From: Chiloscyllium plagiosum
Taxonomy: Eukaryota
Assembly: GCF_004010195.1 (NCBI RefSeq)
Contig: NC_057718.1
Location: 53,554,009 to 53,618,008 of the forward strand
Direction of reading: 5' to 3'
DNA: 64,000 bases
Below are positions 13,331 to 26,499 of this stretch, piece by piece. Position 1 is the first letter of the stretch; each line of letters begins with the position of its first letter. The notes below the pieces were generated by a model. It was not told the DNA's origin. It worked only from the letters and a program-made list of their open reading frames with translations, and made no database searches. The position numbers and the translations under genes were made by a program.

Positions 13331-13685
13331 AGTTGTCCAAGTAGTGTACAGAAAGAAGGACAAGTCCAACCTGGCACTTTGCTGCCTTATTAGTTTATTC
13401 TTCATTATCAGGAGATTGATGGAAGGTGTCAACAATAGTGCTAGCATGTGGCACTTGCTCACTGATGCTTATTTCAGGTTCCACCAGAGCCACTCAGCTC
13501 CAGACCTCATTACAGCTTTGATCTAAATATAGGCTGTGGTGCTCAGCTCCAGGGACAAAGTGAGAATGACTGCCCTGGAAATCAAAGCAGCCATATGGAC
13601 ACATTGGTTTTATAATCTTCAAAAATAATTAATACTCACTCATTGATGATTAATTGGATAGATTGTATGTAATCCAATACCTTTC

Positions 13686-14010
13686 ATAGAACCCCTACAG
13701 TGTGGAAACAGGCCCTTTACCTCAACATGTCCACACTGACCCTCCAAAGAGTAACCCAACCAGACCCATTCACCTACTACTCTACATTTATCCCAGACTA
13801 ATGCACCTAACCTACATATCCCTGAACACTATGGGCAATTTAGCTTGGTCAATTCACCTAACCTGCACATCCTTGTGTTGCGGAAGAAACCCACGCAGAC
13901 ATGGGGAGAATGTGCAAACTCCACACTGACAGTCACCAGAGGCTGGAATCAAACCCTAGTCCCTGACGCTGTGAGGCAACAGTGCTAACCACTGAGCCAC
14001 CATGCCACCC
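13686..14010 (-). mobile_element. HE1-type SINE
   Basis: Reverse complement of the 11585 element. Confidence 0.85.
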
Positions 14011-17000
14011 CTACTTGTACTCTACTGTATTTCAATCTCTCAGACAGTCGGTTTTGATATAATGTAATAGTTCTGTTCTCAACCGACATCGTGTTACAAG
14101 AAAATTGTGCAATAGCTTTGCCCCATTTAATATAATGGGGCCTGAATCACATTATAGCCAACACAGGTAAGGATAGTTCACATTCTACAAATAACAGTCG
14201 AAATTCTTCAATCACATTAGATCTGATTTGCGTTGAAGAAACACAAGTTATAGCAGGAACTCAGTGTACAGCACAAACACTGACAAATATTTAAAAAACA
14301 CATTATTAAACTACTCACTGTAATTGTGTGTATATCTGTTCTGGAAAGTGTGAAGCTTCCAGAATGATCAATGCAATGACTAGATAATAAGAAGTGGTCT
14401 GAAAATTGCAGTGTAAAACCTTCATGCTGGTGGCAAGTTGACATAACAGTGCATGATGACAGTTCAAGACTGCAGGTATTAGCTGCCCTGTGTTCCAAAC
14501 TGAATTATCTGTTCTCAGTTTTAATCCAAATTACAGAGAGTCAGCAAATTACTTAATAGTGCTGGCCCTGGACCGGCCAAATTGATCCAGTCATCACCCC
14601 CGTCCACGCAAACACACTTTCCAGCACCGATGATTTAACATAACTCCTTTTAATGACTGGCCCAAATTTTCCTGTTCCTCATCTGGCAATGTTAGGATTC
14701 CATTGTCATGCTTGTATGAATAGATCAATTCAGCAAAGACTGGAAGTAGCATTCAAGTGTGCCATGGTGTTTCTATACCAGAATGGTGAGCCATCTTGTG
14801 CCACTGACATCAGACATCATAGGTCTGGAGTGGAGGAGGCTGACACATAAGGTGTGTGCTCTGGTGATCCCATATCCAGAGGCAAGATCAGAGAAAGTGG
14901 TATCCTGTAAATGTGGCAGTAGATCAGATAATTAAATTTGAAAAATGTTTTGGTAGCAATTGGCCACAGAGTGCAGCCAACACTGGTTCTGGTTTCCAAG
15001 AACAAACCAATCTTCTAATGGGAACCTCATCCAAGTAGTAATTGCTACAATTTAGATATACAAACTGAATAATATCAGAGGAGAGTCCTGGGCTATTATC
15101 TGTTTTATTTTTACCATTCTGTGTGCTTTGAGCTGTAAATTACACATCTTCTGGCCCCCATAATGGAGGTTTAGTGGGCTGTAGTAGTCTAAAGAAACAG
15201 TTGTTGCTTGACCAAAATTATATGCCTGCACATCTTCCTGTCAGTAATTCTCTGTACAGCAGCATATAAACACTTACACTCACCAAATTGTCAAGGGGAG
15301 TCAAATACAAGGGTTTTAGAATAAATTGTTCCATATTCTAGGTATTCTATCAGATGATGGAATTACAATAAAGTGTTTGAGCTGATCTCCAGGGTGTCAG
15401 TCTCTGTTTAGCATGATATTCTTGGTAGTAACTAAGAGTTACCAAAGAAGACAGTGAGAAAACTAAAGATCAATGAAGGATGCCTGATTCTAAACCAACA
15501 GATGCTTTTGAAATGGATGAAGAGAGTGAAGTTATTTTTGCATCTCTACACCTTTAGAGAAATATAAGCTAAACAGTTGAGGAAATTCTGCAGGCTGTCA
15601 GAAAGAATGCTTAGAGCAAAATCTCTCATTTCTTCAGAATGTAATGTGGATTTTTGATTAGAATGATTAATGGGTGTAGCAACTTTTGTTCTTGATCACA
15701 GGTAGCAAGAAGCACCATACTGAATATCAAAAACCAGTCTTGTTGAGTGGAGTGCTATTCATTTGGACATCACATACATTTTTGCTTTATAGCAAAGAAT
15801 TTGAATATTGCTGAAAATGGAGATTTGTTTCCAAGCTTTTCATCTTATCAGGATACATACAAGAATGCTAAATTTCAAATAATCTCAACAATTCACAGTC
15901 CTGGAGAAAAGGGGTATTGATCCACAAATTGATTATGATTAGCAAAGACATTGCCATGAAGAAAGCAATGGAGCACTATAGGTTCCCCACACTTTCAGAT
16001 AATTCAGAAAAGGTGTATACAATATTTGCAATTGGAATGAAAAGCTTCCCATGGTGAATTTTGATTTAGATCATTGAATTGAATAATTTCAATGAACTTC
16101 TGAACTTTTCATTATTACCCTTCTGACTTTTTATTTCAAGAAAGGAAAATCTTTCATATTTACTGACTCCAAGAAAATACGGAGCATGGAGTAAATATGC
16201 CAAAAGCACTGATTCTGACTGGCTCAATGGTGCAGTTGTGTACTATAGAAATTAGACAAGTAACTAATGGGGAGTTTGAGAAAATGCTGAAAATGTAGTG
16301 ATCTAATCTGAGGAAATGTAGTTCTGGGATGATCAGTTCGGTAACATACAGAACAAAGTAATAAAATGTTAAGACTAATTATTTAGAAAGGTCGAACAGG
16401 TTTATTTGTAAACAAACAATGGTAAATCTTGAGTGGGGCACTTGTTTTCAGGATCATTCCCTGACTTTGTACTCAGCAATAGTTCGCTCCCACTAGAAAT
16501 AGATATTAGAAATTTAGCACAAAGTAGGAAAATTCTCCCTGAAAGAGCTTTCGCTGCTATTTTGATCATGAAAAATACATTAGCTGCCAAAGTCAGAGAA
16601 AGGTTATCTAATCAGGTAACAACGCTATTTGGTAACAAAACCAGTACATAGATATTTAAAAGTATCTGCATCAAACAAACAATTTGGCTCAAAGGTTTAA
16701 CTGAAGGCCAGAATTGTAAGTTTGGGCTTTATAGGTGGAGTGACGCATTGTAAATGTTATGAATCTATTACTCACTTTAAGGATATCGCATTGGCCAATG
16801 AATTCACAGGCCGATTAGGTTAATCAACATATAATACTGCAAAAAGGTCCTTCAGGGTGACAGTGCTCACATTGATTTCTGTGGCTATCTGCTCCCATTC
16901 TCTTCTAAATATTAGTTTGGAGCATCTCCTGACCCTCTATGTGAAGAGGACCTCTCCCATTCTATCCAGTTCCTACATGAGGGCCTCATATGGTACCTGA

Positions 17001-17767
17001 AAAGTCTAGGAGTCTGTCCCTGCTGTACCATCATCTTCACCTTTGCAATCAATCAGATACTTATCTACAATGACTTGGATTACCGGTTTTAACCAGTATG
17101 CACTTTTTATAAGTTGCTAGCTAGTTTTAAATAACACAGTTCAGCTTTAAGCAGCACAAACCTGACATGAACCTGGCCCCCATGCTGAGGTATACAAGAC
17201 CTCAGCAATCTGCTTTCTGCTGGATTGCACGCAACTATCATTTAGATGAGTAAGCAGCATTAGGTTTGCGTGCTTTCTGCGTGCTTACTTCGAATTTGTG
17301 CACGTTAATCACGCATCATGAACCTTGCACCAGTTTTTGAGGGCAATTGATTTTTTTAGCCTGAAAAAACATGTTTTTCAAATGCATCAGTGAGCAGCAG
17401 CGGGGTTGCAAGACTTGCCTTGGAGATATTGCTTGCGTGCACAAATCTACAACACATAAATCCACACATCAAAACTTATTTTATCCAGAGTATGAGAGCT
17501 GTGGAATTTGCCTATGGTTAGACAGTTAACAAAATGTACATTGACATGCAAGTCTATTGTCAAAGAGCGTTAGCACCTACATAATGTTTCCAGGTGAATG
17601 ATTCCAAAGGTAGACATTGAATACAAGAGCTTGATTTAATTATTTTGACAAGCATAATCTTGACTACCGTAACTGATTGAGAAAATAAGCTCAACAGTTA
17701 GCTTTGTCTGAGTGGGTAGAACTCATGCACTTGAGTCAGATGTTGCATTCCATTTCCACCCCTTAGA

Positions 17768-17910
17768 GTGGCACGGTGGCTCAGTGGTTAACACAGCTGC
17801 CTCCCAGCGCCAGGGACCTTGGCTCAATTTCACCCTTGGGCGATTGTGTGAAGTTTGTATGTTCTCCTTGTGTCTGCATGGGTTTCTTCCAGGTGCCTCA
17901 GTTTCCTCAC
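17768..17910 (+). mobile_element. HE1-type SINE, 5' part
   Basis: gtggcacggtggctcagtggtta head and SINE core. Confidence 0.75.
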
Positions 17911-18192
17911 GCCATCCCCCACATATTTTGTCACATAGCACTGGCTTCAGCCTTGGTCATTCATAGCTCCTAATCTCCCTATAATCTCTCTATGCACTGA
18001 CATTATCATCTCTTTATTGCTTCCTTTGCTTCTGGAGCCATGAATCACCTTCTCTCAGTCCAGTATAAATACCTCCCTATTTCTCCCTTTTTTTAGCTTT
18101 GACAAAGGGTCAGTTAAACTCGAAACGTCAGCTCTTTTCTCTCCTTACAGATGGTGCCAGACCTGCTGAGATTTTCCAGCATTTTCTCTTTT
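17910..18192 (+). mobile_element. PLE-type 3' terminus (family C) with degenerate hammerhead core
   Basis: agct-ttgacaaagggtcagttaaactc-gaaacgtc-agct at ~18095-18133, followed by a ...gccagacctgctgagattttccagc tail related to family A. Confidence 0.6.
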
Positions 18193-18589
18193 GGGAGCAC
18201 AAAATCTTGCTTGGTTGTTGGGAGGGACTGCAGCAATGTTAAATGATGAGATTTGAAATTAAGGCCACTACCTGCTCAGTCATTAAGTATATTCAATGCT
18301 TGGCTAGGTTTTTAATCGGTAAGGGAAGCAAGGGTAATGGAGAAAAGGCAGGAAAGTGGAGTTAAGGATTACCAGATCAGCCATGATTGGAATGACAGAC
18401 TTGAAGGGCTGAGTGCCCTAATTCTGATTCAATGTCTTATGATCTTATAGTCTCTCAGGTAGATATACAAGATTACATTGTACTATTTCTGTTTAAGAGC
18501 TGAGAAGCTCTTCCAGTGTTCTGCATATTGAACCTTCTACTCATTACAAGAACAGATTATCTGATTACAGTCGCATTGTGGATATGCAT

Positions 18590-19370
18590 AAGAACATTGA
18601 TATTAAAGAGCGGAATAGATCAATTTGCCCTTGGAGCTGGCTCCACCAATTAATAAGATCAATACTGATCTGTTGCTCTACCTTCCTGCCTACCTCCAAT
18701 AACATTTCACCCACTTGTTCGTCAAGAATCGATCAATCACTGCCTTCAACAGATTCAGGAATCCGTTTCTGTAACACTTTGAAGAAGGATGTTCCAAAGA
18801 TTCAAGATCTTCTGATGTGAAAAATAATCTCCTTATCTCTGCTCCCTATCCGTCCCATTTTGATCACCAGTTTTAGTTTTTCCAATAAGAGGAAGCATCT
18901 TTTTCAAATCAGCTCTGTAGAGATTCCTCAGGATCTTTGATGTTTCAAATAAGTCACCTCTTACTCTTCTAAATTCCAGAAGATACAAGTCTAGCCTGTC
19001 CAACCTTTCCTCTTACCACTACTCATTTATTCCAGGTATTAGTCTAGTAAGCCTTCTCTGAACTGCTTCCAATCCATTTATATAACTCCTTAAATAAGGA
19101 GGCTAACATTGTACACCCGATGTGGTTTTGCCAATGCTATATATAGCAAAAATAACCTTTCCACTTATTTCTTCAACTCACTTCACAGTAAGTGATAAAA
19201 TTTTATTACCTTTCCTAAGTGCTTGCATACCAAGTTTTTGAGAATCCAGAAAGAGGTCACTCAGATTCCTTTGCATCTCAGGGCTTTATAATCTCTCACT
19301 ATTTAGATGGCACGCTTTTGCTCTCCCTTTCTGTAAAAATGGGAAATTTCACATTTTCCCACATCTTACT
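18590..19370 (-). mobile_element. old CR1 LINE 3' fragment
   Basis: Decayed reverse complement of CR1 ORF2 end motifs (e.g. aagtcacctcttactcttctaaattcc). Confidence 0.6.
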
Positions 19371-20134
19371 TATAATAATCCCTACAAAGCCCATGGGGAA
19401 TCATTAATTAAACTCCTCATGGACTGCGTTGAGTCTGAGTCCCTTGGTAACAGGCAATGGGCTGACCAATTGAAACTCATGAATCAAACCCTTTATAAAG
19501 GAGACTCAGAATATCTAATTAACTATCTGGATAATTTACTGGCTGTTAATAATAGTTAAAAACCAAAAAAAAATTGTTGTGCTTTGGTGGTGGGAAAGTC
19601 ATTTGGTTGTGAGTGCTAACACTCCAGATGTAGAAAGATAAACAGACCCATGTAACAGACTTTGAAAGTAAATATCTAATTTGCTACATGGGTCATTTAC
19701 TGGTCATGATTAATAGCTAAAAAACAACAGGAAAGATCAGTTGTGTGTAAGAGTACTTCTGGATATTAAAACAAGATGTAGCCAACCCACCTTTCTCCCC
19801 CTTTCCTTATCTCACTGTCATCTTTGATAGTTTGCATTGCTCTTAAGAAGCTTTGCACATAAATCATTCAATTGGAAACAGCAGTGATTTACTGGAAGGG
19901 GTTAAAAGATGTAGGAAAAACCATGGTGACAGGGAATATATAAAAAATAGCAGACCCAAGGATGCAGAACTATCTGTCCCAGGCTGGGACTCATCTGTGT
20001 AGGCCAAGAGTGGTGGCTCTATTTTGGTGTTCAACAATAAATAATGTTCCTTGTCAGTTGGGTTATTACATTGGAAATGAGGGTAGGATAGAAAAAGATA
20101 CAGGCTAGATACTCTCGCAGTTGCTGTTCTTCAG

Positions 20135-20560
20135 TCAGGTTACTGTTGCCCACAGGCTCCTAATCAGTGGGGCCATAAAAGCTGTTGTTTTTGCAACTTG
20201 TGTGTTTATTTCAGCATCTAGAGACAGACTACTGATGGCCCCTAGAGATGTGAAACTATCAAGAAATCTCCAGCATAACATTCTCAGTGCTGACTGATGG
20301 CAGTAAGGCAACATTTTGGATAACGTTTTCCCAAAACTGATGATCAAACAAAACTTTTCACAGCCAGGCAGAGGAATTCTGTCCATTGCCAACAAAGGTA
20401 TTCCCCAGTATAACCTGGTCTTGAAATGTCATCTGTTCGAGAGTAATTCTCTCATGAGAACGAGTACATATTGTCTTGGATCTAAGGTAGGTTAAGCTTA
20501 AAAGCTTTCCATCGGTTATCATATGTAAATAGTGTCACAATCTTCATGGGGATCTGTACA
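20135..20560 (-). mobile_element. decayed RTE-type LINE RT fragment
   Basis: FTSLGAISSLSLDAEINTQVAK resembles the RTE FxYLGSxIS...LDAEINxRIAK motif. Confidence 0.5.
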
Positions 20561-21229
20561 CCAAAATAATCAAATGACAATGAGATTTCCCCCACCCACT
20601 ACCTCACAACTACCACTACCCACCAAACGAAGTAATTACCAAGCAGTTTCACTGTCTGTAACTTTTATTTTAACACAAAACTTAAGATGTGGAATCAATG
20701 TATAGTAAACATGAAGTAAAGGAGATAAAGGTGAGTACAAATTATAACTTACAAATAGGATAGATACATCAAAGACTCTGCACTGAAATTCAAGGCAGTT
20801 CACTTCACCTGTACGGTCTCAATTTCAGTTACAGAGTTCTTCAAACCTTAGATATTCCTTACCTCTTCGTTTTTCTTCTCAAATCTGTGGCACATGGCCT
20901 ATTTACTTCCTTCTAGTTGGTACTACCTCCAGGTCAATGAATGCCAGGTCACAGAGGACATAATTTCTTATTATGCATAAAAGTTCTTTTTAGAAGAAAT
21001 ACAAAAATGCTTAAAATACTTTTTCAAATATTATACAACTTAGATACTCCTCAGATATTTTAATGCTAATTTGAATTCACCATTTTTCTACTGCTTTTTG
21101 CAAGTAACAGCAAAAGCAGAGGGCAAAAGCACTCAGCATTTGTAATTGTCCAACAGGTTTGACATTCTTTCACCTTGAATGAAAATGAAGGCTGCAGGGA
21201 GTTGATCTAACTGACCATGTCACCATGGT

Positions 21230-22590
21230 AAAGAAAGCATTTCAAGAAGGGAGGAGTAAGAGGAATCTATTGGTAATTTGTTAAGTTATAGTGAAGGAGA
21301 TTGACACTGTTCTCTGCAGCAAAGTGAGTAAATCCAGATGGCTGTTTTGCATCCCTATTCCAGGTTGGGAATACTTGAAAGGAACTGGAGTTAGAGGGGG
21401 CTGAGTCAGTCAACATTGTAGGTGTAAATGACATAGGCAGGCCAAAGAAAGGATTCTATCTAGTCAATAAAATGAGCTAAGTGCCAAATTAAAACACATA
21501 TCCTCAAAGTTCATAATCTCTGCATTATTATATACACATGTTCAAATTGTGAGCTGAGTCAGATTGACCTAAAACAAATCAGATCAGAGAGATGAATGCA
21601 TGGTTAAAAACATTGGAGGAGTTGGCACTGATTCACGGGTAATATCAACATTACTGATGAAAGTAGGATCTGGCCTGATTGGACAGTCTCCATATGAACC
21701 AAACTGAGGCTGGTATTCTTGCCAGTTGCATGCCACTACAGAGAATTTTAAACCGAATAATGGGGAGGGCAAGAAATCAAACTAGGAAGATATGGGAAAT
21801 CTAACAATAAAGACAAAGCCAAAGACAAAGGTATTAATATGGGAAATGATAAACAGACTATGACAGAGTATGAAGGAGTCCACTAACAGATAAAGCTAGA
21901 ATTTATAAAGATAGCAGAAGGTTAAAACTAAAGTTCTGTAACTGAATACACATAGCATTGAAAACAAAATAGATGAACTGATAATGCAAGTAGAAATAAT
22001 GAGTACAATCCAGTAGCCACTACAGAGACATGGCTGCAGGATGAGCTGGATTCCGGACTGAATTTTGACAGGTACAGGACATTCAGAATGACAGGAACAG
22101 AGGAAAAGATGGAGAGTGATTCTGTTACTTAATGATAACATTAGCACAAAAAAAACCACACAACCTAAGTTTAGGAAACCAAGACAGGAAAGCAATTTGA
22201 GTATAAATGAGAATTGTTAATGGCAAGGAGATACTTGAGTGAGTGCCGTACAGGCTCTCTGACATTAACCACATTAGGGTGACGCAATAAAGGAAGAAAT
22301 ATTGAGAACAGGAAGGCAAGGCACTAATATGAGATTTTAATTTACATATCAACCAGAAAAGTTAAGTGGACAAATGTAGTCACATAATGTTTTCAGGATT
22401 GTTTGAGAACAGTGTATTCTGGAACCAACCAGACAGACAGCTGTATTAGACTTGGTAATGTGCAATGAGATTGAATTAACTAATGATCTCAGTATGAAGG
22501 TCGCCCTAAGTAACAGGGACAATGATATGACTGAATTATGAATACAATTTGAGGGAGAAAGGAGAGGGTCCAAAATTAATGGCTGCATTT
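21230..22590 (+). mobile_element. decayed CR1 ORF1 (esterase-like) and ORF2 endonuclease region
   Basis: Remnant motifs gtaaatgacataggcagg (GxNDIGR-like), ...agcattgaaaacaaaatagatgaactg, acagagacatggctg (TETWL), ttagacttggtaatgtgcaatgag (LDLVMCNE). Confidence 0.6.
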
Positions 22591-24806
22591 TACCATATTT
22601 TTGCCAAGTTTCCAGAAGGCTTTGCATGTTTTCTTGTGCTATTGTCTTCAACTTGCCTCAGTAACTGCCTACTCCGCTGCTGTACTGTGCCTCAGATAAG
22701 ATGACTATATCATTGGCCACAGCTAGAAGAACCCGGCCCTGCTGGGACATCCTGAAATAGACTGACATTGCTAATGCATTTTACAATACCAGCTGAACAC
22801 CTGGCCAAAAGTTGTCATTCCAAAGTTGCCCTTCACTGGCAATGTAGTGGTACCACAGCCACAAACCCACACTGCTGATGGCACAGAGTCAGCATCGCTA
22901 TCAGTTCCTTTTACCTGCAGCTTCACTTTCTTGCCTCAGTCTCTGTTTGAACACCAGGTCACACACCTTACATGTCCTTAGTCATATCCTACCTTAACCC
23001 ACCCTCTAACAGAGCTATAAAATCACACCGAAGGCTTGCATCCTATAACCACCCAGTGGGCTCCATCACCTACAGGGAGGCATTCAACAAATGTTAAAGA
23101 TTTTCTTTTATTTATAGTCTACAGAAGCAAACAGAAACAGAATGAACAGAGGTTACACTTGCCCCCAGAACACAAATGAATCACTTGCACATTGACTGAC
23201 AATTAATTTGCAACCAATAGATAAATTTGAGACATGGCTGTTGGTAGGTCATTTGTATATATTTTGAAGGGCATTCGGACTAGCACTGAGCCTGTGGTAG
23301 TCCATTAACCAGTCTTCTCCATCTTCTCCCTTTTCCTAGACGGACTGTAATTCCAAATTAAGTTGGTTGAAATGCCAATTTCCCAATCCGTAATGACATA
23401 TTCAAACCTACTGCCCACCTTCCATCCCGGGACCCCATTATGGTGCAATCTTCTTGCACTGCTTCCACTAGCTATCCAGATTTCCAGTGGATCCAGGAAT
23501 GAGAAATGCGGCAAGTCAACTAACGAGTTCCTTATGATGAGCCCAACCTGTCAAATGGGAGATTTTGAATTACCACAGTGAGGGTGATCCTTGCTAAAGA
23601 GATCCAGGGCAAACCAGCGCTGCCTTGTAACCAAACACTCACACTGGGACCCTTTATTTACCTGTGGAGAACCACAAACAGTGTTGCTCATAACTAAGGA
23701 GTGACCCTGCTGGTGGACTAATCACCTTAAATTCAGCAAATGAGAAACATGTCACTTGTCTCCAGGCATTTATTTTGTTAAATAATCAACAAGATGGGAC
23801 AATTAATGAAGGTCAGTTGGCAAGACAAGGTCCCTGATATTGATTTTCTTAAATATTGACATATTAAATACTGTTCAAAAAGATATAATTACAAAGACTA
23901 TGTCAAATGGTATGAATATCAAATTAACGAATTCAAAAGGACTTTTTGTCGAATGTTGAGAGCTGGGTTTGTGGTGGTTAGCAGACGAATTAAAGATGAC
24001 CTATAAAGCAATTCTGAAGCAATGCCACAAGTAAGAACAAAATACCAAAATCAGAAAGCATGGTGATTAAACCATCCACAAACACACCTTTTACTATGGT
24101 CCCATCAACTTCCTGATGCTAAATCAACTGAAGAATCTTATTTGAAAAATCAAGATTTCCAATCTGATACGCGGAATCCACTTACTTTGAGCAAAAATAG
24201 GGCTCATCAAAATACTCTGCAGAAATAAAATGATATGCTGGCTGTTTCTGTAATTTAAAAGCATGAAAAATAACATTTGTTTTCAACAAACATCATCACT
24301 GAATCATGTTGTTCCTTCTACTGAAAGTAACATTTGTTCTATTCAAAGATCTACACTGGCTGTTTCCTTGCTCCAAATGTTTCCAGAGAAGGGAAGACAG
24401 TCTATCATGTGTGAAATCTAATCAACATTTGAGCACATGCACAACCCCTTTCCCTTCTCAGTGATGGTGCAAAGACATTTTCCTGTAGTAGTCAGATGTA
24501 ACTCCATGTACAACACATGAATGACTTGTAGGAGAAGTGGTACAGCATGAAGAGGAAGACACTATGGATAATAAGATAAGTATATACTGTCCTCTGGTTC
24601 ATAAGTCTCCTCAGATGCTGTTACAACTGGACAAATCAGATCCCACAAAGAAATCTAACTTGATTGATCATATTTTGGTTTTCAAATGTGGTGGTCTTTC
24701 ACTGAAAAACAGACACATAGGGCTGCAGATTAATTACATCAAATAAGGAAAAGTAAAATAGTCAGCAACACATAAAATAGTTTAAAAGATTTTAAAATGA
24801 TAAAAC

Positions 24807-25177
24807 TGTCATGGAAATTAAATTGACTTGACTCAACTATTAGCAAGAGCAAGGAAAGGAGCTTTATTGTTACCTCTGCAGAAGTGACTCCAGTACACAA
24901 ATGCTAGATGCCTTCATGTAAAGGAGTGCCTTAGCATTGTATAGACACTTGCTTTATTCTGTTTCTTATCACACTCTCAAGGACGAATCCCCTAGTCTTA
25001 GACATAACAGTTCTTTAGCTTTCGCTGAGTCCGACTATCGCAAGGTCGAGTTGAATGTTTACAGAATTCAAACAGACTACGGGCCTTCATCAAAGTATTG
25101 TTTAACTTATACAGCATTAAGTTAAAGAAAAGCATTCTCTTTCAAATTTCACAGTAAATGGATAATTTTCCATTACA
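24807..25177 (-). repeat. 3' LTR (371 bp)
   Basis: tgtcatggaaatt...ttccattaca; direct repeat of 31138-31666. Confidence 0.95.
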
Positions 25178-25460
25178 TTTTCCCCCTTTTTGTCATTTTA
25201 TGACAATAAGGACATCTACAGCAACAATAAAAAAAATACAGAGCCAGAATAGCTATACATCGGAATACATCCGATAGCACCTACCCGAAACACAGCTTTG
25301 TGGTGGTATCATCACTTGCTCTGGTGTGCCCTGTACACAGCCCATGTTCACACATCACACTCGTCAAAGCCATGGTAGGGTCGGGTCCATGCAATGCCCC
25401 TGCCCTTACGAATAGTCCTACCAGTGCACTTGCTAAATGTGTGAGCTGGGGCAGCCCCAT
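25173..25460 (-). pseudogene. small membrane-protein-like frame at the env position (95 codons, one internal TAG)
   Basis: Manual translation: MGLPQLTHLASALVGLFVRAGALHGPDPTMALTSVMCEHGLCTGHTRASDDTTTKLCFG*VLSDVFRCIAILALYFFYCCCRCPYCHKMTKRGKM*. Confidence 0.55.
25178..25191 (-). promoter_or_regulatory. polypurine tract
   Basis: Minus-strand A/G run (aaaaagggggaaaa) abutting the 3' LTR. Confidence 0.9.
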
Positions 25461-25492
25461 ATTCGTATGAGGCTTCTAATCACTACTTGCAC

Positions 25493-26300
25493 CTAATTGG
25501 TTCCGATGCTGTCCAATGTCTCCTCAGGCCCAGCGACACGCTTGCAATGGCTGGCATGTATCCACATGGCTCTTTCTGCGATCTTAACTGCTGTCCGTGT
25601 TGTGAGGAGCACTTGACATGGTCCCAGCCACCTCTTTGCCTTCCAGTATTTCCTCCTGAAGTCTTTCACCACTATCCAGTCTCCAGGTTCGAGATCATGC
25701 AGCTTCTCTCCTGCTGGTTGGGGTAGTGCTGCTTTCACTTGATTCTGTATTTCAGATAAAAGTGTAGAGAGTTTTATACAGTAACACAACATCTTGTCAA
25801 TTTATTTTTTAAGGTAGCATTTTCTCTTTCCACTGTTCCACCGCTCACTGGGTGGTAGGCACAGTGTTGTCTCATGTTTATTCCCAAATAATCACTGATC
25901 TGCTCTACAGCATTATTGACAAATGGTGTCCCATTGTCACTACTAAGCCTTTCAGGGATGCCCCATCTCGGAATTATCTCAGTTAGCAGAGCCTTGGCTA
26001 CTGCACTGGCATTCTGTTTAGACATGGGAAACATGTCAGCCATTACCAGACAATACCTTTTCCCTTCGCTGGGTGTTAGTTCAATAAAATCCATCTGTAA
26101 ATGTTCAAAGGTTTTTGGGATTGGGAGTGTGCTGCCTGACTCATCTGTATTCCCCTCCCCACATTATCAGTGGCACAGATAATACAACACTCACAGTATT
26201 TCTGGGAGTAATGAGTAAATCCCTTAGTGTACCAGTGCGCTGAAATGCTCTCGTATATCCCCCCTTTTGACACATAGTCCTTACCGTGTGTCAGTTTGGC
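25493..26300 (-). pseudogene. pol: retroviral integrase (frameshifted, internal deletions)
   Basis: Zn-finger remnant HGKDY...CIIC; MDFIEL, SSDNGTPF, YHPVSGGTVERENATLK (DDE); C-terminal GDWIVVK...RWLGP...WIHASHCK. Confidence 0.95.
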
Positions 26301-26499
26301 ATAGAATGGAAATAATGATTGCGGTAGACAGGGTTTATCATTGGGGCCACACCATACTCCTTCCCTCACACTGCATCCTGTCCACTCACGCTTTTCTCCC
26401 GGTGTGGCCTGTGACTGTAACTCCCGTACGTCTGCTGTTGGGGTACAAATTTTTGTCATACACATGTCAGTCTGCTCTCTTGGCGGCTGCTGGGCTGCC

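Larger units (their letters stand above)
10690..13595 (+). mobile_element. old CR1/L2-clade LINE ORF2 fragment broken by three nested insertions
   Basis: Pieces at ~10690-10920, ~11907-11975 and ~13330-13595 read as one ORF2 remnant, ending ...KKDKSN...ISL..II...MEGVNNSA...HSAPDLITAL; inserts are CR1 (~10922-11440), a SINE and a minus-strand CR1. Confidence 0.65.

Noticed and set aside
14044..14215. Tigger/pogo-like MITE
   Set aside because: One TIR-like end only; no matching end or TA duplication identified.
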